Shown: piece by piece, positions 1 through 9,955 of the stretch
Layout of the letters: the number at the start of each line of letters is the position of its first letter
How positions within the stretch are numbered: the stretch's first letter is position 1
Position numbers and translations under genes: made by a program
The notes under the pieces: generated by a model
What the model was told of the DNA's origin: nothing
Databases searched by the model: none
What the model saw: the letters and a program-made list of their open reading frames with translations, nothing else
Assembly (NCBI GenBank): GCA_900234795.1
Contig: LT962688.1
Span: forward strand, 4,920,001-4,952,000
Direction: 5' to 3'
DNA: 32,000 bases
Source: Methylorubrum extorquens
GTDB lineage: Bacteria > Pseudomonadota > Alphaproteobacteria > Rhizobiales > Beijerinckiaceae

Positions 1-24
1 CGGCACAACCGACAAGGTGACCGC

Positions 25-666
25 ATGAAGCGCACGCACGCCCTCGCCGCCCTCCTGCTGGCGGGTTTCGCATTCGCCGCGCCCGGCGGTCTACACGCAC
101 AGGAGGCCGCCCAGGGAGCGCCACCCGCTCTGACCAAGGATCCGGGGCAGGTGAAGGCCGGGCGCTACCGGCTCGATCCGGCGCATGGCAAGATCACGTG
201 GTCGATCAGCCATCTTGGCTTCTCGACCTATTACGGCCAGTTCACGGAGGTGTCGGGCGACCTCGTCCTCGATCCCGCCGCCCCGGCCAAGAGCAGCCTC
301 TCGGTCAAGATCGGCACCGGCAGCGCCAACGGGCTCAACGACAAGCTCAACGCGCACCTCAAGCAGCCGGATTTCCTCGACGTCGGGAAGTTTCCCGAGG
401 CGACCTTCGTCAGCACGTCGGTCGAGCCGACGAGCCCGACGACGGCGCGCGTCAACGGCACCCTGACCCTGCGCGGCGTCTCGAAGCCGGTCTCGTTCGA
501 CGCCACCTTCAATCAAGCGGGCGTCAACCCGGTCGACAAGATCTACTCGGTCGGCTTCGATGGCTGGACGGTGATCAAGCGCTCCGAGTTCGGCGTGAAC
601 GCCTTCCTGCCGCTGCTGGGCGACGAGGTGTCCCTCCGGTTGGAGGGCGAGTTCAAGCTTCAGTAG
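25..666 (+). CDS. YceI-family periplasmic protein with a signal peptide
   Basis: ATG at 25, TAG at 664-666. The N-terminus [26 protein letters not shown] looks like a Sec signal peptide. The body ([39 protein letters not shown]) matches my memory of YceI-like proteins. Confidence 0.8.
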   Translation: MKRTHALAALLLAGFAFAAPGGLHAQEAAQGAPPALTKDPGQVKAGRYRLDPAHGKITWSISHLGFSTYYGQFTEVSGDLVLDPAAPAKSSLSVKIGTGSANGLNDKLNAHLKQPDFLDVGKFPEATFVSTSVEPTSPTTARVNGTLTLRGVSKPVSFDATFNQAGVNPVDKIYSVGFDGWTVIKRSEFGVNAFLPLLGDEVSLRLEGEFKLQ

Positions 667-705
667 GAAGCGGCGAAGCGGGCCGTCGGTTTGCGGCAAC
701 GCTTC

Positions 706-720
706 GTTCACGATATGTGC
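706..720 (+). promoter_or_regulatory. Possible alphaproteobacterial LexA (SOS) box with one mismatch, upstream of ruvC
   Basis: GTTC-ACGATAT-GTGC compared with the direct-repeat consensus GTTC-N7-GTTC. It ends 36 nt before the ruvC ATG. This is a single imperfect site. Confidence 0.2.
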
Positions 721-755
721 CGTACCGGATCGATGCTCTGAAGGAGGCCGAGGCC

Positions 756-1325
756 ATGACCACGGACGTCCGCATCCTCGGCATCGATCCCGGCCTGCGC
801 CGCACCGGCTGGGGTCTGATCGCGGCGCGGGGCAGCAAGCTGTCCTACCTCGCCTGCGGCGTCGTCACCTCCGATGGTGACCTGCCGCTGGCGTTGCGCC
901 TGCGCGAGCTGCACGAGGGCCTGACCCGCATCGTCACGACCTACACGCCCGACGAGGTCTCGGTGGAGGAGACCTTCGTCAACAAGGACGCGCAGGCCAC
1001 GCTCAAGCTCGGCCATGCCCGCGCCGTGGCGCTGCTGGTGCCGGCGCTGGCCGGTCTGCCGGTGGCGGAATATGCCGCCAACCTCGTGAAGAAGACTGTG
1101 GCCGGGAACGGCCATGCGGAGAAGGTTCAGATCCAGGCGATGGTGAAGTTCCTGCTGCCGAAGGCGGAGTTCAAGCTCGCCGACGCAGCCGACGCGCTCG
1201 CCATCGCGATCACCCATGCCAGCCACCGCGGCGCCATCGCCCTCGACCGCCGCCACGCCGTGGCCGCGGGCGGGGGACCGGGCGCGGCCCGGATCGCCGC
1301 GGCGCTGGCGCGGCTCGACCGGTAA
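756..1325 (+). CDS. ruvC: Holliday junction resolvase RuvC
   Basis: AAGGAGG at 741-747, then ATG at 756. [64 protein letters not shown] is a typical RuvC sequence. The listed ORF 198..1325 extends upstream into yceI in another frame. Confidence 0.95.
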   Translation: MTTDVRILGIDPGLRRTGWGLIAARGSKLSYLACGVVTSDGDLPLALRLRELHEGLTRIVTTYTPDEVSVEETFVNKDAQATLKLGHARAVALLVPALAGLPVAEYAANLVKKTVAGNGHAEKVQIQAMVKFLLPKAEFKLADAADALAIAITHASHRGAIALDRRHAVAAGGGPGAARIAAALARLDR

Positions 1326-1549
1326 AGTCGGACGGACCGCCGACGCGGCGCGGACGTTGACGAGGATCGGGCGACCTCCTGGCGCAACGGCTCGGCTTGG
1401 CGGGCCGCTCGGCGGTCTGCCCCGCGGTGACGCTCATCGTCCGGGCGGTCTTCCGAACCTGGGCGGCGGAGGTGCCGACCGTGCCGACGATGCGGCCGAC
1501 CGACGCCTCGAAGCCGTTCGGACCCGAATCTCTCCGGCCTGGCCCGTCT

Positions 1550-2530
1550 CTAGCCTCTGAGGTCGAGCAACACCTTGCCGACCGCCTCGCGGCGGACGAG
1601 CACGCCGAGCGCCTCCGCATAGGCGTCGAGCGCATAGACGCCGTGCACCTTCACAGTGAGTTTGCCCTCCGCCGCCCAAGCGAGCAGTTGGGCTTGGTTG
1701 GCCGCATGCGCCTCCGGCTCGCGCTCGACGAAGGCGCCCCAATGGACGCCCTGGACGTCGATGCCCTTGAGCATGATGACGTTGAGGGGGAATTTCGGGA
1801 TCTCGCCCGCGGCAAAGCCGATCACGAGGAAGCGCCCTTTCCAACCGAGCGCGCGCATGGCCGGCTCGGCGAGATCACCGCCGACCGCGTCGTAGACCAC
1901 ATCGACGCCGCGCTCGCCGGTGAGGCGCCGCAAGGCCTCGCGCAGGTTGTCCGCCTTGTAGTCGATCAGGTCGTCGGCGCCGTGGGCGCGGGCGGTCTCG
2001 AGCTTTTCGGGCGAGGAGGCGCAAGCGATGACGCGGGCCCCAAGCAGCTTGCCGAGTTCGACCGCCGCGAGCCCGACGCCGCCCGAGGCGCCGAGCACGA
2101 CGAGGGTTTCGCCCGGCCGGATGCGGGCGCGATCCCGGAGCGCGTGAAGCGTGGTGCCGTAGGTGATCGACAGCCCGGCGGCGATCTCGTCGGAGACGGC
2201 CACCGGCACCAGCGCGAGGCGCTTCACCGGAACCGCGATCCGCTCGCGGGCGGTGCCGTGGCTGAGATGGACCATCACCCGGTCGCCGACGGAGAAACCC
2301 TCGGCACCGGGGCCCAAAGCCTCGATCACGCCGCAGGCCTCACCGCCGGGGGAGAACGGCAGTTCGGGCTTCACCTGATAGCGGCCGGCGATGATGAGCG
2401 TGTCGAAGAAGTTCAACGCCGCGACCCGCACCCGAACCAGTGCCTCGCCGGGGCCCGCCACCGGATCGGGCAGGTCCTCGATGCCGAGATCCTCCGGCCC
2501 ACCGAGCCGGCTGCACACCAGGGCCTTCAT
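1550..2530 (-). CDS. NADPH:quinone oxidoreductase / zeta-crystallin-like MDR-family protein
   Basis: Start trimmed to the ATG at 2530 (MKALVCSRLGGPEDL...). It has the GASGGVGLAAVELGK Rossmann motif and MDR-type N- and C-terminal regions. Confidence 0.85.
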   Translation of the reverse strand: MKALVCSRLGGPEDLGIEDLPDPVAGPGEALVRVRVAALNFFDTLIIAGRYQVKPELPFSPGGEACGVIEALGPGAEGFSVGDRVMVHLSHGTARERIAVPVKRLALVPVAVSDEIAAGLSITYGTTLHALRDRARIRPGETLVVLGASGGVGLAAVELGKLLGARVIACASSPEKLETARAHGADDLIDYKADNLREALRRLTGERGVDVVYDAVGGDLAEPAMRALGWKGRFLVIGFAAGEIPKFPLNVIMLKGIDVQGVHWGAFVEREPEAHAANQAQLLAWAAEGKLTVKVHGVYALDAYAEALGVLVRREAVGKVLLDLRG

Positions 2531-2666
2531 ATCAGCGCCGTCTCCCTCAGATCGCCGGTCGTGCCAGATCCCCACGCCCGGCAGGTGGGAGCGGGATCGG
2601 TGCCGTGTTGAGCCACGGTCATGCCCGCTCGCACGCCGTGAGCGCAAGATATCGAGCGCAAGACGT

Positions 2667-3239
2667 TCAGGCCCGCTCGTAGGTCCCCGTCAGCATGCCT
2701 TTGGCGATCACGTTGTCCCGGAGCGCGTCGAGCAGGGCGCCGCGGCCCGGCGAGGCGGGCAGTTCGGCGGGGCGGGCCAGCGCGAAGACTTGGAACAGGT
2801 AGTGGTGCGGGCCGTGGCCGGTCGGCGGATCCGGCGGCAGCCACCCGTCCTTCTGGAACGAGTTGCGGCCCAGATCGTGCGGGCTACCCTCGCCCGCCGG
2901 GCTCGCGAACGCCCCCTCGGGGACGTTTTGGGCCTCCGGGCGCAGGTTCCAGGCGATGAGGTGGACGAAGGGGTGCGAGGAGGGCGCGTCCGGATCCTCC
3001 ACGAACAGGACGAGCGCCGCGGCCCCGTCGGGCACGCCGGCAATGGCGAGCGGCGGCGAGAGCCCATCGCCGTCCGCGGTGTAGCGGGCGGGGATCGGCG
3101 CGGTGTCGGCGAATGCCTCGCTCGTCACCCGGAGCGTGGCGGGGGCCTCCGCCGCGACCGTGTGGAACGCGGCCTTCTCCGCGCCGGCCCTGAGGCCGGA
3201 GAGCGCCTGACCGATGGCGTGCGGCAGCTTTTCGAGCAT
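2667..3239 (-). CDS. YbhB/YbcL (PEBP, Raf-kinase-inhibitor-like) family protein
   Basis: ATG at 3239 (MLEKLP...). DPDAPS..FVHLIAWN and GHGPHHYLFQVFAL are typical bacterial PEBP motifs. Confidence 0.8.
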   Translation of the reverse strand: MLEKLPHAIGQALSGLRAGAEKAAFHTVAAEAPATLRVTSEAFADTAPIPARYTADGDGLSPPLAIAGVPDGAAALVLFVEDPDAPSSHPFVHLIAWNLRPEAQNVPEGAFASPAGEGSPHDLGRNSFQKDGWLPPDPPTGHGPHHYLFQVFALARPAELPASPGRGALLDALRDNVIAKGMLTGTYERA

Positions 3240-3297
3240 CGGTGAGGGTCTCCGCTTGTCCTGCGAAAAACCCTCAACGAACACCCGCCCGCTTCGT

Positions 3298-4035
3298 TCA
3301 GGCGGGGCGGTGCGCTGCCACCATGTAGTTCACCCCCGTGTCGCGGCTCGCGCGCCAGGAATCGTTGAGCGGATTGTAGACCACACCGGTCGTGTCGGTG
3401 ACGGTGAGGCCGCCCGCCGTGATGTCGGCGGACAGCTCGCGCGGCGTCACGAACTTCTCCCAATCGTGGGTGCCCCGCGGCAGCCAACGCAGGACATATT
3501 CGGCGCCGACGATGGCGAGCGCGAAGGAGCGCATCGTCCGGTTGATGGTGGCGGCAAACAGCAGGCCGCCGGGCTTCACCGTCGTGCAGCACGCGCGCAG
3601 AAAGCCTGCGCGGTCGGAGACGTGCTCGACCACCTCCATGGCGAGCACGATGTCGAAGCGTTCGCCGCGGGCGGCCACCGCCTCGATGGTCTCGTCGCGG
3701 TAATCGATGGTGAGGCCTTCCGCTTCCGCATGGGCGCGCGCGGCCGCGATGTTGCCGGTCGCCGGGTCGAGGCCCGTCACCGTCGCGCCGAGCCGGGCCA
3801 GGGGCTCCGACAGAACGCCGCCGCCGCAGCCGATATCGATGACGCTGAGCCCTTCGAGGGGAAAGGGAGCGGCCGGGTCGCGCTCGAAGATGCGGCAGGC
3901 CTCGTCGCGGATGTAACCGACCCGGACGGGATTGAACTTGTGCAGAACCGCCATCGGCCCGCGCTCGTCCCACCAGCGCGCGGCCAAGGCGTCGAAGCGC
4001 GCTACTTCGTCCCGATCGATCGAGGCACCCGTCAT
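3298..4035 (-). CDS. ubiG: Ubiquinone biosynthesis O-methyltransferase UbiG
   Basis: ATG at 4035 (MTGASIDRDEVARFDALAARWWDERGPM..LHKFNPVR). SAM motif VIDIGCGGGVLSEPLA. Divergent from lysC, as in many alphaproteobacteria. Confidence 0.9.
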   Translation of the reverse strand: MTGASIDRDEVARFDALAARWWDERGPMAVLHKFNPVRVGYIRDEACRIFERDPAAPFPLEGLSVIDIGCGGGVLSEPLARLGATVTGLDPATGNIAAARAHAEAEGLTIDYRDETIEAVAARGERFDIVLAMEVVEHVSDRAGFLRACCTTVKPGGLLFAATINRTMRSFALAIVGAEYVLRWLPRGTHDWEKFVTPRELSADITAGGLTVTDTTGVVYNPLNDSWRASRDTGVNYMVAAHRPA

Positions 4036-4401
4036 CCGGCTCACTTTCGCATCGTTTGAACCTGTGGCAGCGCAACCGCTTGAACGCGATTGCGCTGTTT
4101 TCCAGCTGGCCTCAAGCGCCGGCGGCCGCCTCCGCGGCCTCGGCTCTCGCTCCGCTTTTGTGTCCGAGCGACCGTTCCGGTCCTCGAACCCGCTCCGCGG
4201 GGCGCTCTTCGCGCCCGGAATGAAGCGCCATCGCGCTTCGAGCGATGCCGCTGGTCCTGCCGTCCGATTGACACGGCCGGGGGCCCTTGTACCCGCCGGT
4301 CGCATCCCCGGTACAGCCGCGCCGTGTTGTTTTCCGTGTGACGCGGCGCGCCGGCCTCACGGCCGGCACCGTAGGGACAAGATGAGCAGACCGGACGCGA
4401 C

Positions 4402-5637
4402 ATGCCCCGTTTGGTGATGAAATTCGGCGGCACCTCCGTCGCCAATGTCGACCGCATCCGCAACGTGGCGCGCCACGTCGCCCGCGAGGTCGCGGCCGGC
4501 TACGAGGTCGCGGTCGTGGTCTCGGCGATGTCGGGCAAGACCAACGAGCTGGTCGGCTGGGTCAAGGACGCCGACCCGCTCTACGGCGCGGCGGAGTACG
4601 ACACGGTCGTGGCCTCGGGCGAGCAGGTCACCTCGGGGTTGCTGGCCATCGCGCTCAACAAGGACGGGATCAAGGCCCGCTCCTGGCAGGGCTGGCAGAT
4701 CCCGATCCACACCTCAGACGCGCATGGCTCAGCCCGGATCGAGGGCATCGATCCGAAAAATCTCGACGAGAGCTTCAAGCGCGGCGAGGTCGCCGTCATC
4801 TCCGGCTTCCAGGGCGTGAATCCGCAGACCGGCCGGATCGCGACGCTGGGACGCGGCGGCTCGGACACGTCGGCGGTGGCCATCGCCGCCGCCATCGGCG
4901 CGGAGCGCTGCGACATCTACACCGACGTGGACGGGGTCTACACCACCGATCCCCGCGTGGTGCCCAAGGCCCAGCGCATGGAGCGCGTGACCTTCGAGGA
5001 GATGCTGGAGATGGCGTCCTTGGGCGCCAAGGTGCTCCAGGTGCGCTCCGTCGAGCTCGCCATGGTGCACCGGGTGCCGACCACGGTGCGCTCCTCCTTC
5101 GATCCCCCCGATGCCGCGCGGCCGGGCACCCTCATCTGCGACGAGGACCAAATCGTGGAACAGCAGATCATCACCGGCATCGCCTTCTCGAAGGACGAGG
5201 CGCAGATCACCCTGCGCGCCGTGAAGGACAGCCCCGGCATCGCCGCAGCGATCTTCGGACCGCTGGCGGATGCCAACATCAATGTCGACATGATCATCCA
5301 GACCGTGTCCGGCGATCAATCGACCACCGACATGACCTTCACCGTGCCGGCTGCCGATTACGAGCGCTCCCGCGCCATCCTCGACGCCCAGCGCGACACG
5401 ATCCAGTTCGGCCAGATCGAGGGCGCCACCGACGTGGTCAAGGTCTCGGCGATCGGCGTCGGCATGCGCTCGCATGCGGGCGTTGCAGCCAAGGCCTTCC
5501 GGGCGCTGGCGCAGAAGGGTATCAACATTCGCGCGATCACCACCTCCGAGATCAAGTTCTCGGTCCTGATCGACGCCGCCTACACGGAGCTTGCCGTCCG
5601 TACGCTCCACTCGCTATACGGCCTCGACCAGGCCTGA
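4402..5637 (+). CDS. lysC: Aspartate kinase
   Basis: MPRLVMKFGGTSVANVDRI..., GRGGSDTSAVAIAA, and a C-terminal ACT-domain region. 411 aa, intact. Confidence 0.95.
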   Translation: MPRLVMKFGGTSVANVDRIRNVARHVAREVAAGYEVAVVVSAMSGKTNELVGWVKDADPLYGAAEYDTVVASGEQVTSGLLAIALNKDGIKARSWQGWQIPIHTSDAHGSARIEGIDPKNLDESFKRGEVAVISGFQGVNPQTGRIATLGRGGSDTSAVAIAAAIGAERCDIYTDVDGVYTTDPRVVPKAQRMERVTFEEMLEMASLGAKVLQVRSVELAMVHRVPTTVRSSFDPPDAARPGTLICDEDQIVEQQIITGIAFSKDEAQITLRAVKDSPGIAAAIFGPLADANINVDMIIQTVSGDQSTTDMTFTVPAADYERSRAILDAQRDTIQFGQIEGATDVVKVSAIGVGMRSHAGVAAKAFRALAQKGINIRAITTSEIKFSVLIDAAYTELAVRTLHSLYGLDQA

Positions 5638-5708
5638 CCGTTCCCGTCGGCGTCGGCCCCACGGCTCTCAAGCCAGGGTTGCGCCGGCCGACCCGGATTG
5701 ACGACACG

Positions 5709-7970
5709 ATGCCCGCTGCGCCCGGAGGCCCGCGCCTGCTGCTGCGCCGGCTCCGCGAAGCCATGGCGGAGCCGGTCAGTCCGCAGCAGCGTCTCGACCG
5801 GATCGTCGTCCTCATCGCGGCGAACGTGATCGCCGAGGTGTGCTCGGTCTATGTGGTGCGCGATGACAACACCCTCGAACTGTTTGCAACCGAGGGTCTG
5901 AACCGCGACGCGGTTCACATCACCCGCATGCGCGCCGACGAGGGCCTCGTCGGCCTGATCGCCAAGACGGCCGAGCCGCTGGCGCTGTCCGACGCGCAGT
6001 CGCACCCCTCGTTCTCGTATCGGCCGGAAACGGGCGAGGAGATCTACCACGCCTTCCTCGGCGTGCCGCTGCTGCGGGCCGGGAATACGCTCGGCGTGCT
6101 GGTGGTCCAGAACAAGACCTACCGCGTCTATTCCGAGGAGGAGATCGAGGCGCTCCAGACCACTGCCATGGTGCTGGCCGAGCTGATCGCTTCGGGTGAA
6201 CTCCAGGCGCTGTCGCCCGGCGCCGGCACCGCCGCGCGCCGTCCGGTGAGCCAGCGCGGCGTCGCGCTCGCCGACGGGATCGGCCTCGGACACGTCGTGC
6301 TGCACGAGCCGCGCATCGTCGTGAAGACGCTGATCGCCGAGAACGTCGAGCGCGAGATGGAGCGGCTGGAGGCGGCGATCGAGGACGTGCGCTCGGCCAT
6401 CGACGAGTTGGTCGAGCGCGGCGACGGCATCGGCTCGGGCGAATCCCGCGAGATCCTCGAGACGGTGCGGATGTTTGCCCATGACAAGGGCTGGCTGCGG
6501 CGGATGCGCGAGGCGGTGCAGTCCGGTCTCACCGCGGAGGCTGCGGTTGAGCGGGTGCAGTCGGACAACCGTGCCCGGATGCTGCGCCAGAGCGACCCTT
6601 ACCTGCGCGACCGCCTCCACGATCTCGACGACCTCGCCAACCGCCTGCTGCGCCGCCTCGTCGGCCAGGAGAGCCAGAACGGCGACGGCCTGCCGGAGAA
6701 CGCGATCCTGGTCGCCCGCTCCATGGGCCCGGCGGCACTCCTCGACTACGACCGGGCTCGCTTACGCGGCGTGGTGCTGGAGGAGGGCGGGCCGACGAGC
6801 CACATCGCCATCGTCGCCCGCGCGCTCGGCATCCCGGCGGTCGGCGAGATCGCCAACGCCACGAGCCTGTGCGATTCCGGCGACGCGATCATCGTCGATG
6901 GCCTGTCGGGCGAGGTGCAGATCCGGCCGACCCCAGAGGTCGAGGCGTCCTATGCTGAGATGGTGCGCCTGCGCGCCCGGCGGCAGGAGCAGTACCGGGC
7001 GCTGCGCGACGTGCCCGCCGTCACCCGCGACGGCGTGAAGATCGGCCTGCACCTCAATGCCGGCCTGCTCGTCGATCTGACGCATCTGCACGAGACCGGG
7101 GCGGAGGGCGTCGGCCTGTTCCGCACCGAGCTGCAATTCATGATCGCCGAGCGGATGCCCTCGGCCGCCGAACAGCAGACGCTCTACGAGGCGGTCTATT
7201 CGGCCACCGGCGACCTGCCGGTCACGATCCGCACCCTCGACATCGGCGGCGACAAGATCCTCCCCTACATGCCGGCGCTGGAGGAGGAGAACCCGGCGCT
7301 CGGCTGGCGGGCGATCCGCATCGGCCTCGACCGGCCGGCTTTGCTGCGGGTGCAGTTGCGGGCGCTGCTCAAGGCGGCGGCGGGGCGACCGATCAAGATC
7401 ATGTTCCCGATGGTCGCCACCGTCGAGGAGTTCATCCGCGCCCGCGACATCGTCGAGCGCGAGAAGGCGCACTTACGCCGCCACGGCTACGCCTTGCCGA
7501 GCGATTGCCGCCTCGGCGCGATGGTCGAGGTGCCCTCGCTGCTGTTCCAGATCGACGAGATCGCCCGCGAGGCGGATTTTCTGTCGGTCGGCTCGAACGA
7601 CCTGATGCAGTTCCTGTTCGCCGTCGATCGCGAGAACCGGCGCGTGGCCAACCGCTTCGATCCCCTGTGCGGGGCGGCGATGCGCGCCTTCCGCCTCATC
7701 GCCGAGCGCTCCGCGGCGCAGGGCTGCCCGGCGACCGTCTGCGGCGAGATCGGCGGCCGGCCGTTGGAGGCGCTGGCGCTGATCGGCTTAGGCTTTCGCG
7801 ATTTCTCGATGTCGCCGGCCTCGATCGGCCCGGTCAAGGCGATGGTGCTCTCCGCCGATACCGCCGAGGTCGCGGCGTTGATCCAGTCCGAGCTGACCCG
7901 GGTGACCGACGGCGCCTCGGTCCGGCCCGCCCTGGCCGCCTATGCCAAGGCGAACGGCGTGCCGATTTAG
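5709..7970 (+). CDS. ptsP: Phosphoenolpyruvate-protein phosphotransferase EI-Ntr (GAF + PEP-utilizing domains)
   Basis: N-terminal GAF-like region. GGPTSHIAIVARALGIPAV carries the catalytic His, and SVGSNDLMQF lies in the C-terminal domain. ATG at 5709 is preferred; an in-frame TTG at 5679 is also possible. lysC-ptsP synteny is typical of alphaproteobacteria. Confidence 0.9.
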   Translation: MPAAPGGPRLLLRRLREAMAEPVSPQQRLDRIVVLIAANVIAEVCSVYVVRDDNTLELFATEGLNRDAVHITRMRADEGLVGLIAKTAEPLALSDAQSHPSFSYRPETGEEIYHAFLGVPLLRAGNTLGVLVVQNKTYRVYSEEEIEALQTTAMVLAELIASGELQALSPGAGTAARRPVSQRGVALADGIGLGHVVLHEPRIVVKTLIAENVEREMERLEAAIEDVRSAIDELVERGDGIGSGESREILETVRMFAHDKGWLRRMREAVQSGLTAEAAVERVQSDNRARMLRQSDPYLRDRLHDLDDLANRLLRRLVGQESQNGDGLPENAILVARSMGPAALLDYDRARLRGVVLEEGGPTSHIAIVARALGIPAVGEIANATSLCDSGDAIIVDGLSGEVQIRPTPEVEASYAEMVRLRARRQEQYRALRDVPAVTRDGVKIGLHLNAGLLVDLTHLHETGAEGVGLFRTELQFMIAERMPSAAEQQTLYEAVYSATGDLPVTIRTLDIGGDKILPYMPALEEENPALGWRAIRIGLDRPALLRVQLRALLKAAAGRPIKIMFPMVATVEEFIRARDIVEREKAHLRRHGYALPSDCRLGAMVEVPSLLFQIDEIAREADFLSVGSNDLMQFLFAVDRENRRVANRFDPLCGAAMRAFRLIAERSAAQGCPATVCGEIGGRPLEALALIGLGFRDFSMSPASIGPVKAMVLSADTAEVAALIQSELTRVTDGASVRPALAAYAKANGVPI

Positions 7971-8015
7971 GTTCGCGGCGACCGACATCGGCCCCAGCCT
8001 GCGAGAGGAAAACGG

Positions 8016-8675
8016 GTGGATTGGCAGGTGCACTGGCTGGAGGCCGAGGGCGACCTCGCGCCCTGGCGCGAGCGGATCGCAGCGGAGATCGAGCTCGCCC
8101 GGACCGCCGTGGCGGGCGTCCTGCCGCCGTTCCGGCTGGACATCCTCGTGGAGCGTGTGACCGGCGCGGTCATCCCGGAGGTCGGAACGGCCGGCCGCGC
8201 CTACAGGCCGAGCCTTTGCGGGCTCACGGTCGATCCGCTCAACCCGAACTTCGCGGCGAGCCTCGACACCGGCGACATCCGGCGGACGATCGCGCATGAG
8301 GTGCATCACTGCCGTCGCTTTGCCGGGCCCGGATACGGCCGAACGCTGGGTGAGGCGATCGTCAGCGAGGGATTGGCCGGACAGTTCGCCGGGACGCTCT
8401 TCGCGGCGCCCCCCGAGCCCTGGGAATGCGCCCTGGACGACGCGGCCCTGCGGGCCCATCTTCCGAGTGCGGCGGAACTTCAGGCACCCAATCACGATCA
8501 CGCCGGCTGGTTCTTCGGAGCCGGCGGCCGTCATCCGTGCTGGCTCGGATACACCCTCGGCTACCGGATCGTCGGCGACTGGCTCGCTGCCAACCCTGAG
8601 TCCGATGGCGCGACCTGGGTGAACGTGCCGGCGGAGGCCGTGCTGGCGTCCTCGCCGTGGTCCGCTGCGGCGTGA
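8016..8675 (+). CDS. DUF2268-like predicted Zn-dependent protease (HEXXH)
   Basis: GTG at 8016 preceded by GAGAGGAA. HEVHH motif within TIAHEVHHCRRF. The family assignment is from memory. Confidence 0.65.
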   Translation: MDWQVHWLEAEGDLAPWRERIAAEIELARTAVAGVLPPFRLDILVERVTGAVIPEVGTAGRAYRPSLCGLTVDPLNPNFAASLDTGDIRRTIAHEVHHCRRFAGPGYGRTLGEAIVSEGLAGQFAGTLFAAPPEPWECALDDAALRAHLPSAAELQAPNHDHAGWFFGAGGRHPCWLGYTLGYRIVGDWLAANPESDGATWVNVPAEAVLASSPWSAAA

Positions 8676-8869
8676 GTGGCCCTTGAACGACCCGGATGCG
8701 CGGCCGGCCAGACCCGGCGCATCTTCCCTCCCGGTCGCCGCACGGGTAACGGGTGCCGGTCGGACCGCCATGAACGTTGTCGTTCCGGCGAGCCCACCGA
8801 AGCGGCCGTGCGATCCGCCCCGTCCCCTTCCGATTTGACGCGCACCATCGACGAGTATCCTTACAGGCG

Positions 8870-9955
8870 ATGACCCCCATTCCTTCCGATCGCCTCGACG
8901 CCATCCTGGCGCGGCACGACATCGTCACGGCGCAACTCGCCGACGGGTCGGCCGATGCCGGGAGCATCGTGCAACTCTCCCGCGAATTGTCCGAACTCGA
9001 CGGCGTCGTGGCCGCGATCCATCATTACCGGCTGGCCGAGGCCAACCTGGCCGGCATCCGGGCGATGATCGACGAGCCGGGCGGCGATCCGGAGATGCGC
9101 GCGCTCGCCGCCGAGGAGAAGCCGGAAGCCGAGGAGGCGCTCGAACAGGCCCACCGCGCGCTGCAACTGATCCTGCTGCCGAAGGATGCCGCCGACGAGA
9201 AGAGCGCGATCCTCGAAATCCGCGCCGGCACCGGCGGTGACGAGGCGGCCCTGTTCGCGGGCGACCTGTTCCGCATGTACGCGCGCTACGCCGAGTCGAA
9301 GGGCTGGCGCGTCGAGGTGATCTCGGAGAGCGAGGGCACGGCCGGCGGCTATCGCGAGGTCGTGGCCGAGGTGAAGGGCCGCAGCGTGTTCTCGCGCCTC
9401 AAGTTCGAGAGCGGGGCCCACCGCGTCCAGCGCGTGCCCGACACCGAGACGCAGGGACGAATCCACACTTCCGCCGCCACGGTTGCGGTGCTGCCCGAGG
9501 CGGAAGAGGTCGACATCGTCGTCAACGAGGCCGACCTGAAGATCGACACCATGCGGGCGCAGGGCGCGGGCGGCCAGCACGTCAACAAGACGGAATCGGC
9601 GATCCGCATCACGCATATTCCGACTGGCGTGGTGGTGTTCGTCCAGGAGGAGCGCTCGCAGCACAAGAACCGCGCCAGGGCGATGTCCCTCCTGCGCTCG
9701 AAGCTGTTCGACGCCGAGCGCACCGCCAAGGATTCGGCACGGGCCGCCGACCGAAAGGCGCAGGTCGGCTCCGGCGACCGCTCGGAGCGCATCCGCACCT
9801 ACAATTTCCCGCAAGGCCGCGTCACCGACCACCGCATCAACCTGACCCTCTACAAGCTCGAGGAGGTCATGGCCGGCCAGGCGCTCGACGAGGTGATCGA
9901 CGCCCTGGTGACCGAGCATCAGGCGGAGTTGCTGGCCGCCGAGGGAATGGCGTGA
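8870..9955 (+). CDS. prfA: Peptide chain release factor 1
   Basis: ATG at 8870 ([13 protein letters not shown]...). GGQ motif in [25 protein letters not shown]. 361 aa. Confidence 0.95.

Noticed and set aside
198-755. The upstream extension of the ruvC ORF (375-aa version).
   Set aside because: It overlaps the well-supported yceI-like gene and translates to low-complexity sequence. RuvC homology begins at the ATG at 756, which has a strong RBS.
4036-4401. The 366-nt ubiG-lysC divergent intergenic region as a possible riboswitch or leader (for example lysine or SAM).
   Set aside because: I could not recognise any conserved riboswitch core or terminator/antiterminator pair by eye. It is GC-rich with only ordinary short inverted repeats.
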